Positions 61,995-64,000 of a stretch of DNA of 64,000 nt are shown here, in pieces. How positions within the stretch are numbered: the first letter of the stretch is position 1; every line of letters begins with the position of its first letter. The notes beneath the pieces are model-generated. The model saw nothing but the letters and a program-made list of their open reading frames with translations, ran no database searches and was not told the origin of the DNA. Origin of the DNA: Squalus acanthias (Eukaryota); assembly GCA_030390025.1 (NCBI GenBank), contig CM059432.1:64606001-64670000 (forward strand), written 5' to 3'. Made by a program: the position numbers and the translations under genes.

Positions 61995-63319
61995 TTCACT
62001 GGTACCACAAGCGGATGATGCAATTCCGATATCCCGGTCAGAAAGGAGCTGTCTGGCTTGCCTCCTTCCTTCCGCTTCCATCTCCTCCTCCTCATCTGCT
62101 TCCTCCACTTCAGCTTCTGCCTCTTCCTCCTCCTCCTGCTCCTGAGCTGGTGACCATATCCCTGGTGGCAAGGGCTGTGCCCTCATGATGGTGAGGTTGT
62201 GAAGGATACAGCAGACCACATTGCATCAGGACACATGCTGCGGTAGTACTGTAGGGCATCTGCAGAGCAGTCCAGGTAGCAGAACCGTTGCTTCAGCATC
62301 CCAATAGTCTGCTCTATGGCGTTTCGTATGGTAGCATGGCTCGTGTCGTACACATGCTGGCCACCTGTGGTTGGGTTGTGGAGTGGAGACGTGAGCCAGG
62401 TGGTCAAGGTATTGCCCTTGTCATCCCGTAGCCACTCTCTGGTTTGTCTTGGTGGCTCAAAGACTGAAGGAACAGTGGACTGGCACAGAATAAAAGCATC
62501 AGGATACTGGGCATTCAGCATCATGATGTGCTGAGCACAGTCGCACACCAACTGCAAATTCAGCGAGTGGAAACCTTTGCTGTTACGGTACATCTCAGCA
62601 TTTAGAAGTGGCACCCACAAAGCCATATGTGTGCAGTCGATGGCGCCTTGCACCATGGGGAAGTCTGTTATCCTGGCAAAGCCACATGCATACTCAGCCT
62701 GCTTTTCTCTGGTTAGAGAGAAGACAAAGAAGTCCCCTCTCCTGGCATAACGAGCTTCTGTCTCCTCTCTTATGCAGCAGTGGACAGTGAACTGCGAGAT
62801 GTTACAGATGCAGACTCAATTGGTCGAATGGCCTTCTTCTGTGCTGTACTATTTCACTCTGGTCAAAAAGAAGACAATGAAGTCCCCTCTCCTGGCATAA
62901 AGAGCGTCTGTCACCTCTCTTACGCAGCAGTGGATGGTGAACTGGGAGATGTTACAGATGTCGCCTGTCCCAGCCTGGAAGGATCCCAATACAAAGAAAT
63001 TCAGGGCCACGGCCACCTTCATAGCCACTGGCAGTGCTGTCCTTGCCCTGGTGTAAGGCTGCAGGTCCTGTTGCAAGAGGTGGCAGAGTTCTGTGAGCAC
63101 CTCCTTCGTAAAGCACAGATGACTCACACACTGCTCTTGGCTCAGGTTGAGATAAGAGAATTGCTCTCGGAAGACCCTAAGTGGGTAAGGCCTCCTGCTG
63201 AGAGCCCTTCGTCCCCTACAACTCCTCCCTCTGCGAGCAGCTTGTCCTCTTCTTTGCTGCCTCTTCTCCATCTCCCTGTCATGCTGTAGGACAAGGGGGA
63301 TGACAAATAGAGCACCCAT
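61995..63319 (-). pseudogene. Harbinger transposase, disrupted
   Basis: RRPYPLRVFRE, VAVALNFF, VQGAIDCTH, KGFHSLNLQLVCD, IEQTIGMLKQRF. Confidence 0.92.
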
Positions 63320-63814
63320 GACTGGGAGCAAGTGGTCTAACCAGAACCGTTAAAGTCAGAAGCAAGGCTTTCTCCACTTGCTGCACAACTCCCTGTCACC
63401 TTACCAACTGTAAATAACTTTAGGAAGCTCCAAACACTTTCACAAACTTACACAGAGCCAGTAGAAATTAAAAAAAATGTTACCTGAAAGTTGGTAATGA
63501 TTCCCTTAAATAGCGCTGGTGGGGGGTCCTTCCTGCTGTTGAACGCATGTTCAGCAGTGAGAGGTTAAGAGCAGGCGTTAGCTCCAGTGATGATGACAAA
63601 AATGGCACGCTGATTGATGTCACAATCTGCCTACTTTACATACTTCCAGCGCAAGCTCCTAATGGCCGCCCGACTGCCCTCACCAAGATGACGTCCGGTG
63701 CGGCCCGCACCAGAAGCGTGCGCGTGCTGCTTGGACACCATTTTGGTCCCAATTCAGCAACCGTAGCATCTAAACAACAAGCGTTACGCAACCGAATTTT
63801 CAGCCCTACAAACT

Positions 63815-64000
63815 TTAATTAAATAATTAAATAAAACAAGGTTAGGTAGGGATGGCAGTGCAGTCAGGAGTGCCACACCTGCAGCATGTGCAATAAGTGT
63901 CTGCATCTCGAGGAACTTCAGCTCAGAGTTATTGAGCTGGCATCTGAGGTGCAGACATTGTGGAGCATGAGGGAGGGAGTTACCTGGACACTTTGATCCA
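63815..64000 (+). mobile_element. Probable CR1 ORF1 5' region (runs off the window)
   Basis: ECHTCSM..CNKCLHLEELQLRVIELASEVQTL: Cys knuckle plus leucine-zipper-like pattern typical of CR1 ORF1. Confidence 0.55.

Larger units (their letters stand above)
56233..63806. mobile_element. Harbinger (H8), Myb (+) and transposase (-) halves separated by nested insertions; may be two independent halves
   Basis: Termini GGCTAGATAT.. and ..AATTTTCAGCCC, TAC on both flanks, convergent gene order as in H1-H3. Confidence 0.6.

Overview
Eukaryotic (vertebrate) genomic DNA, almost entirely interspersed repeats. The mix of CR1 LINEs, tRNA-headed Deu-domain SINEs, L2, RTE and Penelope-like elements points to a cartilaginous fish (inference). 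I recognise no host protein-coding gene, rRNA, true tRNA gene or CRISPR array. The window is dominated by decayed PIF/Harbinger DNA transposons, each with a DDE transposase and a convergent, spliced three-exon Myb/SANT gene, plus many Harbinger-type MITEs with 3-bp AT-rich target duplications. It also holds several LINE families, one LTR element with a tRNA-Leu primer-binding site, and two families of Penelope-like retroelements. Most notable: minimal type-I hammerhead ribozyme motifs in both Penelope families, including a ~220-bp inverted pLTR insertion with its own TSD and a hammerhead core on each strand. Also notable: a fully reconstructable Harbinger > LTR > LINE/Penelope nest, an LTR element with mismatched LTRs but an intact 4-bp TSD, an inverted Harbinger fusion, a perfect 34-bp template-switch inverted repeat, and a CpG-rich hairpin MITE carrying clustered splice donors. 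Most of this is new instances of known biology rather than a demonstrably new system. Boundaries of degenerate repeats are approximate.
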